A stretch of DNA of 63,521 nucleotides, counting the filler, from Hausera hauseri (Eukaryota), in NCBI GenBank assembly GCA_046269625.1. It is 11 parts of 11 records of this genome, joined end to end, with 100 filler letters (N's around TTAATTAATTAA, not from the genome) between each part and the next. Parts side by side here need not be neighbours in the genome. Positions count along the whole stretch, not along the records: positions 11,729 to 16,946 come from JBJURY010304944.1; positions 17,047 to 23,555 come from JBJURY010092654.1; positions 23,656 to 31,330 come from JBJURY010000903.1; 8 more parts are not named here. The stretch is one strand, 5' to 3'. Made by a program: the position numbers and the translations under genes. The notes under the pieces are model-generated. The model was not told the origin of the DNA and searched no databases. It saw nothing but the letters and a program-made list of their open reading frames with translations. Of the stretch, positions 13,238 through 25,089 are shown in pieces; position 1 is the first letter of the stretch; each line of letters opens with the position of its first letter.

Positions 13238-13609
13238 TCAATCGAAAATCGTACGACGACGACGACGACGTTTGTTTATAGCTGATGAACTCGATGATGC
13301 TCTACGGCGTTTTCTCTTCATTAAGTCACTGCCAGCGAATTGTTTTTTGACTAATTCAACGAATCCCGGTGCAGCGTTTTTTATTTCGGACAAGGCGTGT
13401 TCCTTCAGTGATAGTAAAATCGAATTATTTTCATATAGTACGTCCTGTGCTGTTTTTGCTGCCACGACACCGACACGCATCAACACCGAAAATGCTAAGC
13501 GTGCCAATGTATGCAACCATCCAGAGCCATACTGTTTAACAACGAAATACGGTAGTTCACCGCCCTGCTGGGGTTTACTGTAAATGGAAACGATTTCAGA
13601 ATCAATCAT
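13238..13609 (-). CDS. Maverick/adintovirus small virion core protein (pVI/pVII-like: amphipathic helix plus Arg-rich tail)
   Basis: Intact 123 aa. QQGG and QYGSG putative protease sites, amphipathic WLHTLARLAFSVLMRVG, C-terminal KRKRRR...KRRRRRRTIFD. Lies between minor and major capsid genes and overlaps the upstream stop. Confidence 0.8.
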   Translation of the reverse strand: MIDSEIVSIYSKPQQGGELPYFVVKQYGSGWLHTLARLAFSVLMRVGVVAAKTAQDVLYENNSILLSLKEHALSEIKNAAPGFVELVKKQFAGSDLMKRKRRRASSSSSAINKRRRRRRTIFD

Positions 13610-14686
13610 ATTGTTGGATTCGACGGAAATGAAGCGTTAGACTGGTTGTGGTACCGTACGGAAATTCAATAAGGTAGCCCGCGTCACATCGGATATTCAC
13701 TTCAACATTGTTTATAGATGTAGATGCCACAGGTAGGTACATTGGATTATCGAGCTTGACAGTGACATTGTCACCGGCAGTATACTTGCTACTTTCCGGA
13801 TAAATTGCACGGAGTAGCGGTACACGTACTCCACCGACCAAAATCGGTTCAGTGACATTCACGTAAATGTACATTTGATTTAGTCCCGTTTTCAGTTTTG
13901 GTTTGAGTGTTGCAAAATGTACCGCCGCCGTGTTTGTATTCGTCGATGCATTAAACCGCTGTTTTCAAAACCCAATACCACAGCCAAATATTTGTCCAAT
14001 AAAATGTCAACAATATCTTTAGCCAGTTCAAATTTAATGTACCAATTTGCATCTGACTTGAAAACTTTAAATATCGCCTTGTACTTTTGATTTGAAAAGT
14101 GTTGACAGAGCTGTGCTGCAGATTCACAATAGACGTTGTCGCCAATCGATACGTATGACGTTGACACCCTTTCTGTTAAATAGGTAAATTTCACCGTTGT
14201 CTGGTAATATACGGGACTTAATCTAGGAGCATCTATATTTTCACCTTTAATATTTGTACCTTTGTACTGCGTATTTGTGAATCCAAATTTCTGCGCCATC
14301 TCAGAGAACTCAAAAGTAACAGTAAATTCAAAATCTGCCATAAAATGTAAGTATTCTCCTAATATAAGAACACCGATCTAACCGATTATACCGTAATTTG
14401 GTTTGGTCGTGCAAACGCCCGATTTTCCAACTGTTATTTTATTGTTAGGAAGTGTCAGAGGACAAGAATGTATTTTGGTTTCAGTAACATTCTTGTTGTA
14501 CGTTATTTCCATACTACCTTTCAATATCACCGGTGTGTAGGGAAAGTTAAATTCCGTCAGTGCAACCGCCCATTTTCCAACAGATAAATCCAAAGGATTG
14601 TTCCAATCTACAACGTATTCACTGACTGAATTGTTCGGACGAGTCGTCAGACAACTGTTGCTCGGCAAAACCACGTAAATACTCAT
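13602..14686 (-). pseudogene. Maverick/Polinton minor capsid protein (penton) paralog 2, frameshifted
   Basis: N-term MSIYVVLPSNS...NN..SEYVV...PLDL..GKWAVALTEF; C-term MYIYVNVTEPILVG...PLLR...PMYLPV...INNVEVNIR...G..I.F..G.TSLTLHFRR. Confidence 0.9.
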
Positions 14687-14740
14687 GATGTAAATGATGA
14701 TAATAATGATGATGATGATAGTGATGACGCAGTTTGTTTA

Positions 14741-15796
14741 TTATCGATGACGACGACGACGAAAATGTAGCATCAAATGTGCCTTGGCTCCGAACAGAAA
14801 TTTCATGGGTTTCCACAAATTCGTCTACTATATGCACGGAAATACTCTGCACAACATTGTGAGACAACGATAAATACATGAACCGGATGATATTTACATG
14901 AGCAGTTTCACCCGGTGTTTTGTACCACTCCGAATCCAGTTCAATACAAGCCGATAGTTGTTTACGGTCTCCGCCGTTATATACGGGTTTAGGTAAAGCC
15001 GTTAAAATATTTATTCGATGAAATTCTTCCTAGAGACGTGGTTTGTGTTTATCAACAATGGGCCGTCCGCCACCGGTTTGACCAAATTCTCGTTTCTTAA
15101 AATGCAGATTTATCGCCAATAGTTCATCAAAGGCAAAATATGTAACATTAACGTGTAGTGTAAACGAAATACGATCATTAGAATTTAATTCAAATGTTTT
15201 GAGAGCCAATTTAGCTACTGCCTTGATGGTTGCAGACAATTCTGTTTCCGTTTCCGTAAGAAAACCAATTCTTTTTGTATGAGAGTAAAAGAATCATTCA
15301 GTCTTTTGCCAATGCACTGTAATATCGGTGGTTTTCGCAGTGGACAAGTTTAGATTTTCACTAATTATACTCTGTCCACCGAGCTGTAAACCTTTCGAGC
15401 GCATATTGGCAGATGATTGAAAATCCCATGCCTGAGCGTCGGTTAGTGATTTAAATTGCAATTCAATCGGATATTTGTGTTTTATCACTAATCGATTGTT
15501 TAAATGAAAAATAAACCGGAAAATATTTCCGCTTGTAATTGCAAACGTGAAATGTTTCATTAGAGTCTCGGACTAACTGTAAACGACTAGATGCAGGAGA
15601 TTGTCTTACTAGGGTATAGTATATTCCACTGTTCTCATGTATTGTTATTGGTGAAAATGTAAACGTGAATTCCGCCAAAGCCACTTCCCAGGCTCCCTGG
15701 AGTAAGTCGAGCGGCTGGTTCAACGCCATGGTAAACCGTTCAGCGGTATTGTTATTGTTGTCATGTTCTATCAAGTATCAAATAAATGCTAATCAC
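14741..15796 (-). pseudogene. Maverick/Polinton minor capsid protein (penton) paralog 1, frameshifted
   Basis: N-term ISIYLILD...NTAERFTMALNQPLDLLQGAWEVALAEFTF; C-term MYLSLSHNVVQSISVHIVDEF, then after a frameshift KPMKFLFGAKAHLMLHFRRRRHR* (stop at 14741). Confidence 0.85.
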
Positions 15797-16299
15797 TCAA
15801 TCTGCGATGCAAAAATCCAACTCGGTGTAATGTATCCGTACGACTTGAAAAGATATTGTTTATTTGAACCTTTGCCGCGTGAACGTAGAATTTCCTGCAT
15901 ACAACATACATCGGGTTTCTCGGGCAGTAACTGCAGTCCCTGTTCGTAGAATTTACCGCGTATTTCCTTTCCGTTTTCTTCTTCTAAAACGTATATGACA
16001 GGTGTTTGTTTTGTGTGGATTGCCGAAATGCGGAAAACCTCGTCGCTCCAGTTCTAATTGAAATTCTTAATGAATGGCGTCGTACTTATTTTTGAAATAC
16101 GTACGTAAGCACCGATTTTATATTTTGGGCGTTTAATTGCCTGTTGTTGTGTTCGGTTTTGATAAAGCCACATGTCCAAATCATCGGTAACTTCAACCCG
16201 GAGCATTCCGTTAATTCCACGGTGTGTCGAATGATTGTATGCATGAATAATATCCGGTAGTACATCTACCCAGCGTTTGTTGCCTTCTACTGCCTTCAA
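15793..16299 (-). pseudogene. Polinton retroviral-like integrase C-terminal half with chromodomain remnant
   Basis: RWVDVLPDIIHAYNHSTHRGI, KYKIGAYVRISK...F.K...*NWSDEVFRI...PVIYVL....GKEIRGKFYEQGLQ, EILRSRGKG..KQYL.K..GY...SWI. Confidence 0.9.
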
Positions 16300-17329
16300 T
16301 TAGATACTGATGGTAATGGTAAAGTCGTAACTAGCGGTTCTACTGAAGAATTCAGAACCATAGCTATGACTACAGATCCAATTGACGAAATCGAAGAAAC
16401 TGCTATGGATGAAAACAGTGGCAAAATAGCTGATGATGAAATTATTATAAGCGAAACTGTTGCGGATGAAATAGCCGATTGAAATGAAGAATTTGAAGAA
16501 TGCCATGATCGAACGCATCTGATAAGTGCGAAATTTTATTTTCAATATCCTCTCTTTAATTATTTTAAAAAGACTGTCACGGTGATGACGATGTTGATGA
16601 AAGTTATTATGAAAAACCATATTATGAATATGTGGATAAACTATCAATGTACTGTCAACAAATCCATGCTAGAAGTGACTTTTACAAAAAAGAGAAAAAT
16701 ATGATTAATCTTGTGGAACATTTATCTGATACAATTGGAAGAAATGTACTTTACAAAGCAAAAATTTTACCTGAAGCCAAATTACCAAGAACATATTTTC
16801 TTTTTTAAGTTCTTTAATTCAACGCGTTCTTTTCAACAGTACTAAAGTAATGTGTATGATATAATCGGTAAATATACATTTGATTTATCACATTAATTAC
16901 ACTTTCCATTAACGTGCATTCTGTTGTTGTTACCAGTGCTACTGTTNNNNNNNNNNNNNNNNNNNNNNNNNNNNNNNNNNNNNNNNNNNNTTAATTAATT
17001 AANNNNNNNNNNNNNNNNNNNNNNNNNNNNNNNNNNNNNNNNNNNNGTCGATTTTACGACAAGCGTTATGTAGTAGACAGCTCTATCTGCATTTATTACA
17101 CAAAATATCAATCTTGTGCTAGGTCGTGTGTGCTGAAATGCAAACATTATAAAAATACCTTAAGTTTTTCTTCATCATCTCCTTCTCCTCCTTATTATTT
17201 TCGTTCCTCTTCTTTTTCTCAACAATCCTCAAAAAATTAATAACGCCGCCAGATGCCACGGCACATTCTGGCATAGGCAATACTTCTCAACTTACTGGCC
17301 GTCTTAACACCGCTTCTGCTGTCTTTTTG

Positions 17330-20089
17330 TTGAAAGCTGCGATCTTCTTTAGCGCTTCTTCGCACATCGCCTTCATTATCGATTCAGGAGTTGCTTTTTT
17401 ACGTCTTCCATTGTCCTTCGCTTCTGCATCTACTAAAGTTTTCACGCATTCACTTTTCACTGCGAGTTGTCAACCCTTGCACATTGCAGGTACCACATAA
17501 TTGGTTTTTACATACTCCAATTTACCAGACCAGTTTGCCTAGAAATTCTATGTCGCTAGTATTAAGTCGCCCATTATTGGCTCAGATGTCGTAGACGCAC
17601 ACGATCTGATTGTTGACTGCGGGCACGGTTGTTTGCTGCGTCGAAACTCCGTTGTGGATGCTAATGAATATCTAACAGACAGCCAAATAGGCATGTCGTT
17701 GCCCTCATCTGCTAAAAACAACATATCTAATAAGTCATCTATTTTTTCTATTATACCTAACGGAACTAATTCCATTCTTAAAGTCGGATAAGCTGAATGT
17801 TGATAATGGCGATGTCACTCGTTTTTCGCCGATCACAACCACATACTTTTCCGATAGCATACCGCCACCATTCTCATCTTTGGATGCTACTCAAAAATCT
17901 TTGATCACTCAATCATGATTCAGCACCATAAAGAAATATTAATCCTTCAAAGCACCTTCGACAATCTTACACCACATTGCCACCGAGCACCAGCACCCAG
18001 TTAAGCAAAAAGTCTGTCCATTGTCTCCTCGACGACGAAAAGCCACAGAATCTGAATTTCAGGCCTGGGAACAAGCAGGCATCGTACGTCGCTCAAAATC
18101 GCTTTGGTTCTCACTTCTGCATATTGTTACCAAAAATGCAGGACAATAAGATCATGTGGCTATTACCGCCAATTAAATTCACTTATAATCATGGACGCAT
18201 ACCCTCTGCCGCTGACAAATGATATTCTTCATCGCCTTGCATAAAGCGTATCATCAAATACCTGTTAATCTAGATGGCGGCCAAAACTGCAGTCACCATT
18301 TCATTTGGATTATTTGAATACGTCTTTATGCCATTTGGCCTTCGCAATGCGTCCCAAACATTCCAACACCACACTGATTCTATTCTTGCTGGTTTGAATT
18401 TCGCCTTTCCGTATCTTGGTGACATCCTAACAGCCTCTTCTTCGCCGCAACAGCATACTGAATATTTACAAGTAGTTCTTCATCGTTTACATCAGCACAA
18501 CCTGCAAATAAACTATGAGAAGTGCTTTTTCTTCCAGAAACATATAAACCTCCTGAGCCATATAATCTCACCCAATGGATATTCACCACAGCCTGACAGA
18601 CTGGTTCATCTCAAAAATGTCCAGCTTCCACGCACTACCTCTGGTGAACTTGGTTTCCCCGACATGTTGCATTTTGTACACAAGTACGTATCCCACCGAT
18701 CCGCTTTAACTGCACCATTCACTTCACTACGTGTTGGGAAGAAGAAAATGCCTATCCACTGGACGGCAGACTTTATTAACAGTTCTGTCCATCTGAAAGA
18801 AAATCCGAAGGTCGTTGAAATATCCGCTCTTCCGTATCCTTATGCTAGATTAATACTTTCAATTTACGTCTCTATTACTGCAACAGGCGCGGTTCTTCAC
18901 CAAATGCACAACGGAATCCATACACCGCTTGAATTCTTCACGCACAAATTCACGGCACCAGAACAACGGTACTGCACCTTTGTCCGTGAATTACTGGTCA
19001 TAGATTTGGCTGTGAAACACTTCAAGCATTTACTTCTCTCTTGTCCTTTCGTCACCCAAACCGACCATAAGCCGCTCGTGCAAATCATGTCACTAAGGCA
19101 ACCATCACCGTGGCAAGAACGGCAGGTATCGTACCTGTCCATATTCAGCTTTGTTATTAAATATATTTCAGGTATTAACAATTTGGTCGCGGATTTTCTG
19201 TTGAGGTCGGTTAGCTCAATTACGGTTCAGCCAATATTTTCTTCTGAAATCCTAAAACTCAACCAACCATCTACTGATATCCTTAATTCCCTCAGATCCT
19301 TTCAGATCATTGATGTCATCGCATATAATACTTCAAACTCCGGCAACAAAAAAATTATTCTCGATACTTCATTGCAAATGCCACCTTTCCTTCACACACA
19401 TTCACTTCATAATCCAGGCTCAAAAGCAACCTTTCATTTGCTCTAACGTCAAGTTGTTTGGCCTACAATGCGTACAGATGTACATGACTGGGTTAAAGAA
19501 TGCGTATCTTGTCAGAAATACAAGGTCACCAAAGAGCTTAAACCGCCACTTTACCACTTTCCCTGTACATCTCGCTTCGACACCTTTTATCTATATCTTG
19601 TTTGTCCCTTGACTTCCGACAATGGATATCAACACATTTTAACAATGATGGATCGTGTTTCTTTTTGACCTGAAGCTGTTATGTATGTTCAACAAACACT
19701 GATTCAGTAGCTGATTCCTTCCTTAAAATCTGGATCAGTCGATTTGGTTCCCTACGGCATATCATAACTAACCAAGATCCGCAGTTTGAGTTGAAACTTT
19801 TCAAATCGCTTGTTAAACGCTTATGGATGTCCCATTTTCACGCAATACCATACCATCCCCAAGCAAATTGCCTCCTTGAAAGGTTCTAACGAACAATAAA
19901 GATTTCTTTAAAAATCCTGGCAGACAATCGCCATAACTGGACCTCTATTTTGCCGTTCATCCTACTTGGTTGGCACAACACCCTCTCCACCACCACGGGT
20001 TGTGTCCCAAGTCGGTAACACTTGGTACGTACAGCAGGGAAAAATCCACAGAAGGAATACAACGCCTTGTACACACCAAAACCCAATAG
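17330..20089 (+). pseudogene. pol: Gypsy/Ty3 pol (PR-RT-RH-INT), decayed, with internal deletion in the integrase C-terminus
   Basis: FIIDSG (protease, ~17372), KTAVTISFGLFEYVFMPFGLRNASQTFQ, YLGD (mutated YLDD), TDHKPL, HNPG...CVSCQ, YHPQANCLLE; ends QRLVHTKTQ* like 3680-4996. Confidence 0.92.
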
Positions 20090-20160
20090 GCACTTAACAT
20101 TTTTTCGTTTTGGCGTTTTTGTTTGCCTAATAGTTTATACTTTTCCACGGTGAGAGGAGG

Positions 20161-20857
20161 TGTTGCAGTCCCGATGTTGCGGGTGCAACCCGGCGTTCAG
20201 CACATATGGCTGGCGCCGAATGCCCTTCTTAAACCGGCACAGATTTGGGACGTTTTTTTCTCACCGGCAATCCGGAAATCAGTCCCAACCACCAAATACT
20301 GCACACACACGCCTGACGAAGTTTTCCGAATTACCTAAATAGTGAGTTGGAAAGAAATAAGCCGAAAGGGTAAAAAAATTCTGCTACTTTCCCATTTCTT
20401 TTTCCAAGATTCAAAAGTCAGTCTGCACCCAACTCTAATATCGATTCAAACCGAGTAAACGTCTTTCAACAACGTGTAAATTTTAAAACCTCTAATCATC
20501 TGTAAATTTGTGTATAAACTTAAGGTTTTACTAAGCAAGTGCCGTTGATTTGATGCAGTTGAATTATTTTGCCTTTTGTTTCTCTTTCCTCTTTTTCAGA
20601 AAACTCGATAGGTCAATCCTGCACTCATCCAACGTGACAGATGGCGAAGCAACCGAAGAAACTAAAAATATTCTTCAAGGTCAAGAAAAAGAAAACTGTA
20701 GCCTCTTTTCGAAAGCCGTTGTTTTAACGATTTGTAAATTCCCAAGCAGACATTTCATTTTGAACACAAATCAAATCTCCGTTTCATTAATCGTCATCCA
20801 AATCAAAATACTGTGTTTCAAAGTCACTAAGAGGAAACCGTCAGAACCTTCAGCACA
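20161..20857 (+). repeat. 3' LTR of Gypsy element, preceded by PPT
   Basis: PPT GAGAGGAGG at 20152-20160 directly before TGTTGCAG; 3' end CAGAACCTTCAGCACA is inferred. Confidence 0.7.
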
Positions 20858-22043
20858 GTATCAATTATTTTCCTAAATTTCGAGAAGAATTACAACCGCG
20901 TTCCGAGTTTTAGTTCAGAGATTTATTTGTTAGTTCGCGTTTTTGCTGACGTATTGCAATTTTCAACTAACAATTAGAAATTGTTTCGACACACTAAGAA
21001 ATTTTGGTTGATTATTGCTTTGTGTATAATTGTCCGTTTCGACAGTTTTTTTGTTGGCGTCGTTAATTATGGTTTTCAGTCGTTTTTGTGTAACTGGAGA
21101 AATTCCGTTATCCATGTTGCTCTCGTCAAATTGAATCTGATATGCAGTCTAGTTGGATAATCAAATAGTTGACATAATTCCAATCTGCTCAGTTTAGTCA
21201 ACCTTCAGAATTGTAAACATCAGTTTTTAACTATATACTTCCAAATTAAGCAAAATGTCACATTGACACTAACTGGCTTGAATTTTTTACAATTACAATT
21301 TCGGATATTTTATTTATTTCTCGAATTTTGTGAATCGCCAGAATGATATTCTCAGTTTGATTTTCATTTTTGCTTACGAGAATTTATGTAAATGTGTTTG
21401 TAATTCACTTTTCGTTCTTCATTTTTGTTAGAGTTGAGATATTGGACGAAACGCGGAGTGTGTGAAACACCATTTATTTTAACGTCACGTTGTACATTAA
21501 AACGCAGTTCTCCTTCGTCGAGTTGGTGATTTGACCGCTTGATGATTTCTTCGTATTGCATTATTGTCAAAATTCTTAATAGAAAAATCTACCGCCTTTA
21601 TTAGATAAAAAGAAACAAATTTTTAATTTCTATAATTTTATTTTGATTTTTTTGTTGGCGTTCATTTAACTGAAACGCCCTTTTTATAAAATTCAAATTA
21701 TGTTAACAATTAATATACAATTCAAATTTCATCAATCGAGTTTTCCCTTCACACATTGAAAGCAAAGAAAATTCAAAAATTTTGAGCACGATAGATAAAT
21801 ATCGTGTTCTTCTATACCACAGAGATACAGAGGAAATGACTTCTGTTATGCCAAAGTTACTCCAAGCATTAGAACTGTCACCAATTTAGGCCCAGAAATT
21901 TTGAGTCCTTTTTGGCAAGTAAGTTGTTTGAATAGATTGAGGTGTGTGTTAACGAATTTAACAAGAGAAACATGTAGCAAAAATGAACTATTAAAAGAAG
22001 ACATGAAAAAATTGATTCCTTTTGCCACGAATATAAACGAATA

Positions 22044-22487
22044 ATGTCACTTGTTCCAACAGAATATGAAAAACTTATATTACCATTAACGACAAAGTTG
22101 TATAGAGAAATTGACATCGAAATGGATCACGATATAATGACTGCTGAGTACGCAAGTCAAACAATGACTAAATTTGACATCCCTTATCCAAAGTCAATGG
22201 GTGACTTAATTAAAGCCGTTAGATGCAATTATAACAGAATGAGGGATAACGAATTTAAAACAATGGATCACATTCTATCTATACAAGGATTGTTAAGTAA
22301 TACCACAACTCTTAAAAGTGATGTCGCAGAATTTATTGATGACTACCATGAGAGAGGACCAACGAAACCTGGTCTGCCGCCTGTTGAGATATTGGACAAA
22401 CAGATTCTTTTTAAAAATCGATATGACAATTTACTGAGAAAAATGGAGAAGCTGTCAAAGGAGATAAAAAATGAGAGAACGGAATGA
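22044..22487 (+). pseudogene. Intronless fragment of axonemal dynein heavy chain (DNAH5/8-like tail region)
   Basis: EFIDDYHERGPTKPGLPPVEILDKQILFKNRYDNLLRK matches the outer-arm dynein heavy chain segment F..DY...GP..PG.PP.EA.DR...F.NRFD.L.RK. Only ~150 aa present. Confidence 0.7.
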
Positions 22488-22876
22488 AGAGAAATAGATT
22501 TAAGAAAGAAAAGATTAGGTTTGAAGAACCCCAATTAAGACAGGTTATTGTAAAGATAAACCAAGATCCCTCACTTGTTATTGATGTTAACGGAGTAGAG
22601 ACCGTTACTATGTTGAAAAGAAAAATATCCGAAAAATGTCACATGAGAATAGGTAACGCTGTAATCATCTATAAGAACAAAAGGTGGAACAGTGACAAAA
22701 CAATACGGAGGATTCCACATGGGACAACTATAAACAACATTTGTGGATTAAAACGAGGAAGTGTTAATGAAAATGAAGATCTCGAGAGTCGATTATTGGC
22801 CAAAGATGGATTAAGATACGAGTTAATAGTACAGAGAAAATCGTTAATGAATGGTAGATTAATAGATGAATTTTAA
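22484..22876 (+). CDS. Ubiquitin-like domain at the N-terminus of a BEL/Pao gag (stop at 22874 probably a lesion)
   Basis: QVIVKIN..SLVIDVNGVETVTMLKRKISEK....NAVIIYKNKRWNSDKTI...PHGTTINNICGLKRG aligns by eye with the ubiquitin fold ending LRGG. The frame continues past the TAA into a coiled-coil stretch. Confidence 0.65.
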   Translation: MKRNRFKKEKIRFEEPQLRQVIVKINQDPSLVIDVNGVETVTMLKRKISEKCHMRIGNAVIIYKNKRWNSDKTIRRIPHGTTINNICGLKRGSVNENEDLESRLLAKDGLRYELIVQRKSLMNGRLIDEF

Positions 22877-23555
22877 TGCCAAAACAATAAGTACGATGAA
22901 ACCTTCAAAAAGTTATCTATGGAAATTAATGCATTGAAATTACTCACCAGGAAATTAAAGAAAAAAGAAGAATTAGCGGAATTGATCGACGAGTCAAAAA
23001 TATCGAAGTACAAAATGAGGAAATAATAAAGATGATCAAAATGAAAAGTCTTATGACATTAGAAGACAAATAAGATGTGAAAATTCGGAATGAATATCTA
23101 GCACCAAAGTTAAAACGTGCTGAGAACTTCCGAAATTCGGTGGGAATGTTGCAGAATTTGAGAAATGGCGACAAATATTCAAAACGTGTGTAGATAAAAC
23201 ATCGCTTTCTAGTATAGACAAGCAGATTCAATTAGAAAATTATTTGTATGGAGAAGCAAAACGTTTAGTTCAAAACTATGATTTCAGAAGATTCATACAA
23301 AGCAGCTGTCGAAAAATTGGAACGATATTATGGAGGAAATCAGAGGAACTACGCATTCCTTATGTCAGAAATTATGGAATTTCAGAAAATTAGCGTGCAT
23401 AATATTAAAGAACTGGATTCTTTTGCTGCGTTATTGGATTCGGTCATTATAAGGTTAAAACATTTAGACCGTAAAATAGAGTTTGAAAGCGATCTATTGT
23501 ATCAAAATTTAATCCAGAAGTTACCCGAAATTATGGTGTTAACATGGGAGCGATA
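22877..23555 (+). pseudogene. gag: BEL/Pao retrotransposon gag (DUF1759-type), truncated by contig end
   Basis: FKTCVD....DK.IQLENYLYGEAKRLV...SEDSYKAAVEKLERYYG...LIQKLP....WER is the typical Pao gag pattern. Confidence 0.85.
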
Positions 23556-24393
23556 NNNNNNNNNNNNNNNNNNNNNNNNNNNNNNNNNNNNNNNNNNNNT
23601 TAATTAATTAANNNNNNNNNNNNNNNNNNNNNNNNNNNNNNNNNNNNNNNNNNNNCTCTCAATAATTATAATAATCTAATAAATATCCAAGGTATTTTTT
23701 TGGTTATCCGACATCTACGTCTGTTGCATTTGACAGCAGCAAAATTCTGTTCGTTAGCTTCCATGGAAATTTTTGTGTAAATTATTTATCGGTGGTGTTT
23801 GATGTTACTGTTCATGCTCGAATTTCCGTGTCGAATTGTAGATAGGTATTGTACTATAGTTAGGATATTATTGCTCTATTAGGTTAGAGCGGTAACTAGT
23901 TACAATAATAACAATAATTTTATTTGTTATTTTTCGCATAGTAGGACTTCCGTGACGTAGTTAAATTTGTTAGGAAAATATTGCATTGGACAAAACCGTG
24001 TTTTTCACAAGTGTAATATTTGTGTTGAACTTAGTAATGAGGACTTTTTGTCGAGGTAGAAAAGTTGTGTTGGGATCGAATTGTAGGAATTTATCTAGCA
24101 GAAAAAACTGTATTGCGAGAATTGAATTGCAATGAATTGCATTGTAGTAGTGGAAGGAAAATTGTATTGACTTGTATTGAACAGTATTGAATTATGTATT
24201 ACCAAAATTGTATTATCGAGGAATTTCAAATTGTGTTTCGTTGCTGTATGATGACGCTTCTTATTCCGTCGTGTTTATAAAAAATTTAGTTTGAATTCGG
24301 GTCAATCACAATTCAAAATTGAATTTTGAAATTGTCCGTTCAACGACAGAGTTGAATCATTATCTGACAACCCATATCCCAAATTCGAATTCC

Positions 24394-24466
24394 ATGACTC
24401 ATGAGTCATCATAGATTTAAGTATGGACTGTCACATGACGTCCAAAATTGTATGATTTATGAGTCA
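24394..24466. promoter_or_regulatory. Putative viral promoter/enhancer: AP-1 palindrome, CRE-like site and a further AP-1 site
   Basis: ATGACTCATGAGTCAT perfect 16-bp palindrome (24394-24409), TGACGTC (24436-24442), TGAGTCA (24460-24466), 80-150 bp upstream of the ATG at 24546. Confidence 0.45.
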
Positions 24467-24545
24467 TCAAAATTGTAATTTTTTAAATTTATTAAATAGT
24501 TTTAATATCAAAATTTTTTAATTTTTGTACTTTTCTTCAGCTAGA

Positions 24546-25089
24546 ATGGGGAGTAACTCCCGTTATGTTGGGCGGTGGGTTGCTCCGCACATGGGCGGCA
24601 AAAAGAAGAGCAATGCACTCATATCAGACAATGAATCTAAAATAATTCCCGATTTTTGCTTTGTCAGTCCCAATACTCAATCATACAATTGCACTAAAAC
24701 CTGCTCGAATTAACAAAGCCGCGGAAACTGGTAAGATAAGAAAAGAAATAGAAATGCAAAATTTGAACACATCAGTTCAAAGCACAACATCACTCTTACC
24801 AAGGCAACCAAAACCAATAAACAATAAAAAGCTTATTACAGCCGGAACAGGAAGCGTGGAAAATGGAACAGGCATTGGAACAGGAATAGGCATGATTATA
24901 GAACGGCAAATGGAAAATAATATACCAGACTATATAACTAAGAAAAATTTTCCTAAGCAAAACAATACACCTACTCAAAATACAGATGACGAAAATACTA
25001 AGAAAAAAGTTTTAATACGAAAACGAGCAAAACCATCTGTATATAAACGACGCAGAATACGGAAGCGTCATATTTCCAACCATGACTGA
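24546..25089 (+). pseudogene. VP1-unique-like minor structural ORF (possible degenerate PLA2, Gly-rich stretch, basic NLS-like tail)
   Basis: MGSNSRYVGRW...DNESKIIPDF resembles an eroded YxGxG...D...HD motif. Continues via frameshift into GTGSVENGTGIGTGIG and RKRAKPSVYKRRRIRKR; overlaps the capsid ATG at 25082. Confidence 0.45.

Larger units (their letters stand above)
11729..16299 (-). mobile_element. Maverick/Polinton (adintovirus-like) element fragment, copy 1: INT - mCP1 - mCP2 - core protein - MCP - PRO
   Basis: Six tightly packed or overlapping same-strand genes with Polinton hallmark motifs (listed separately); all but the core protein are disrupted. Confidence 0.92.

Noticed and set aside
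16300-16810. Acidic plus-strand coding-like remnant next to the Maverick integrase
   Set aside because: Interrupted, no recognisable family, and not attributable to the element.
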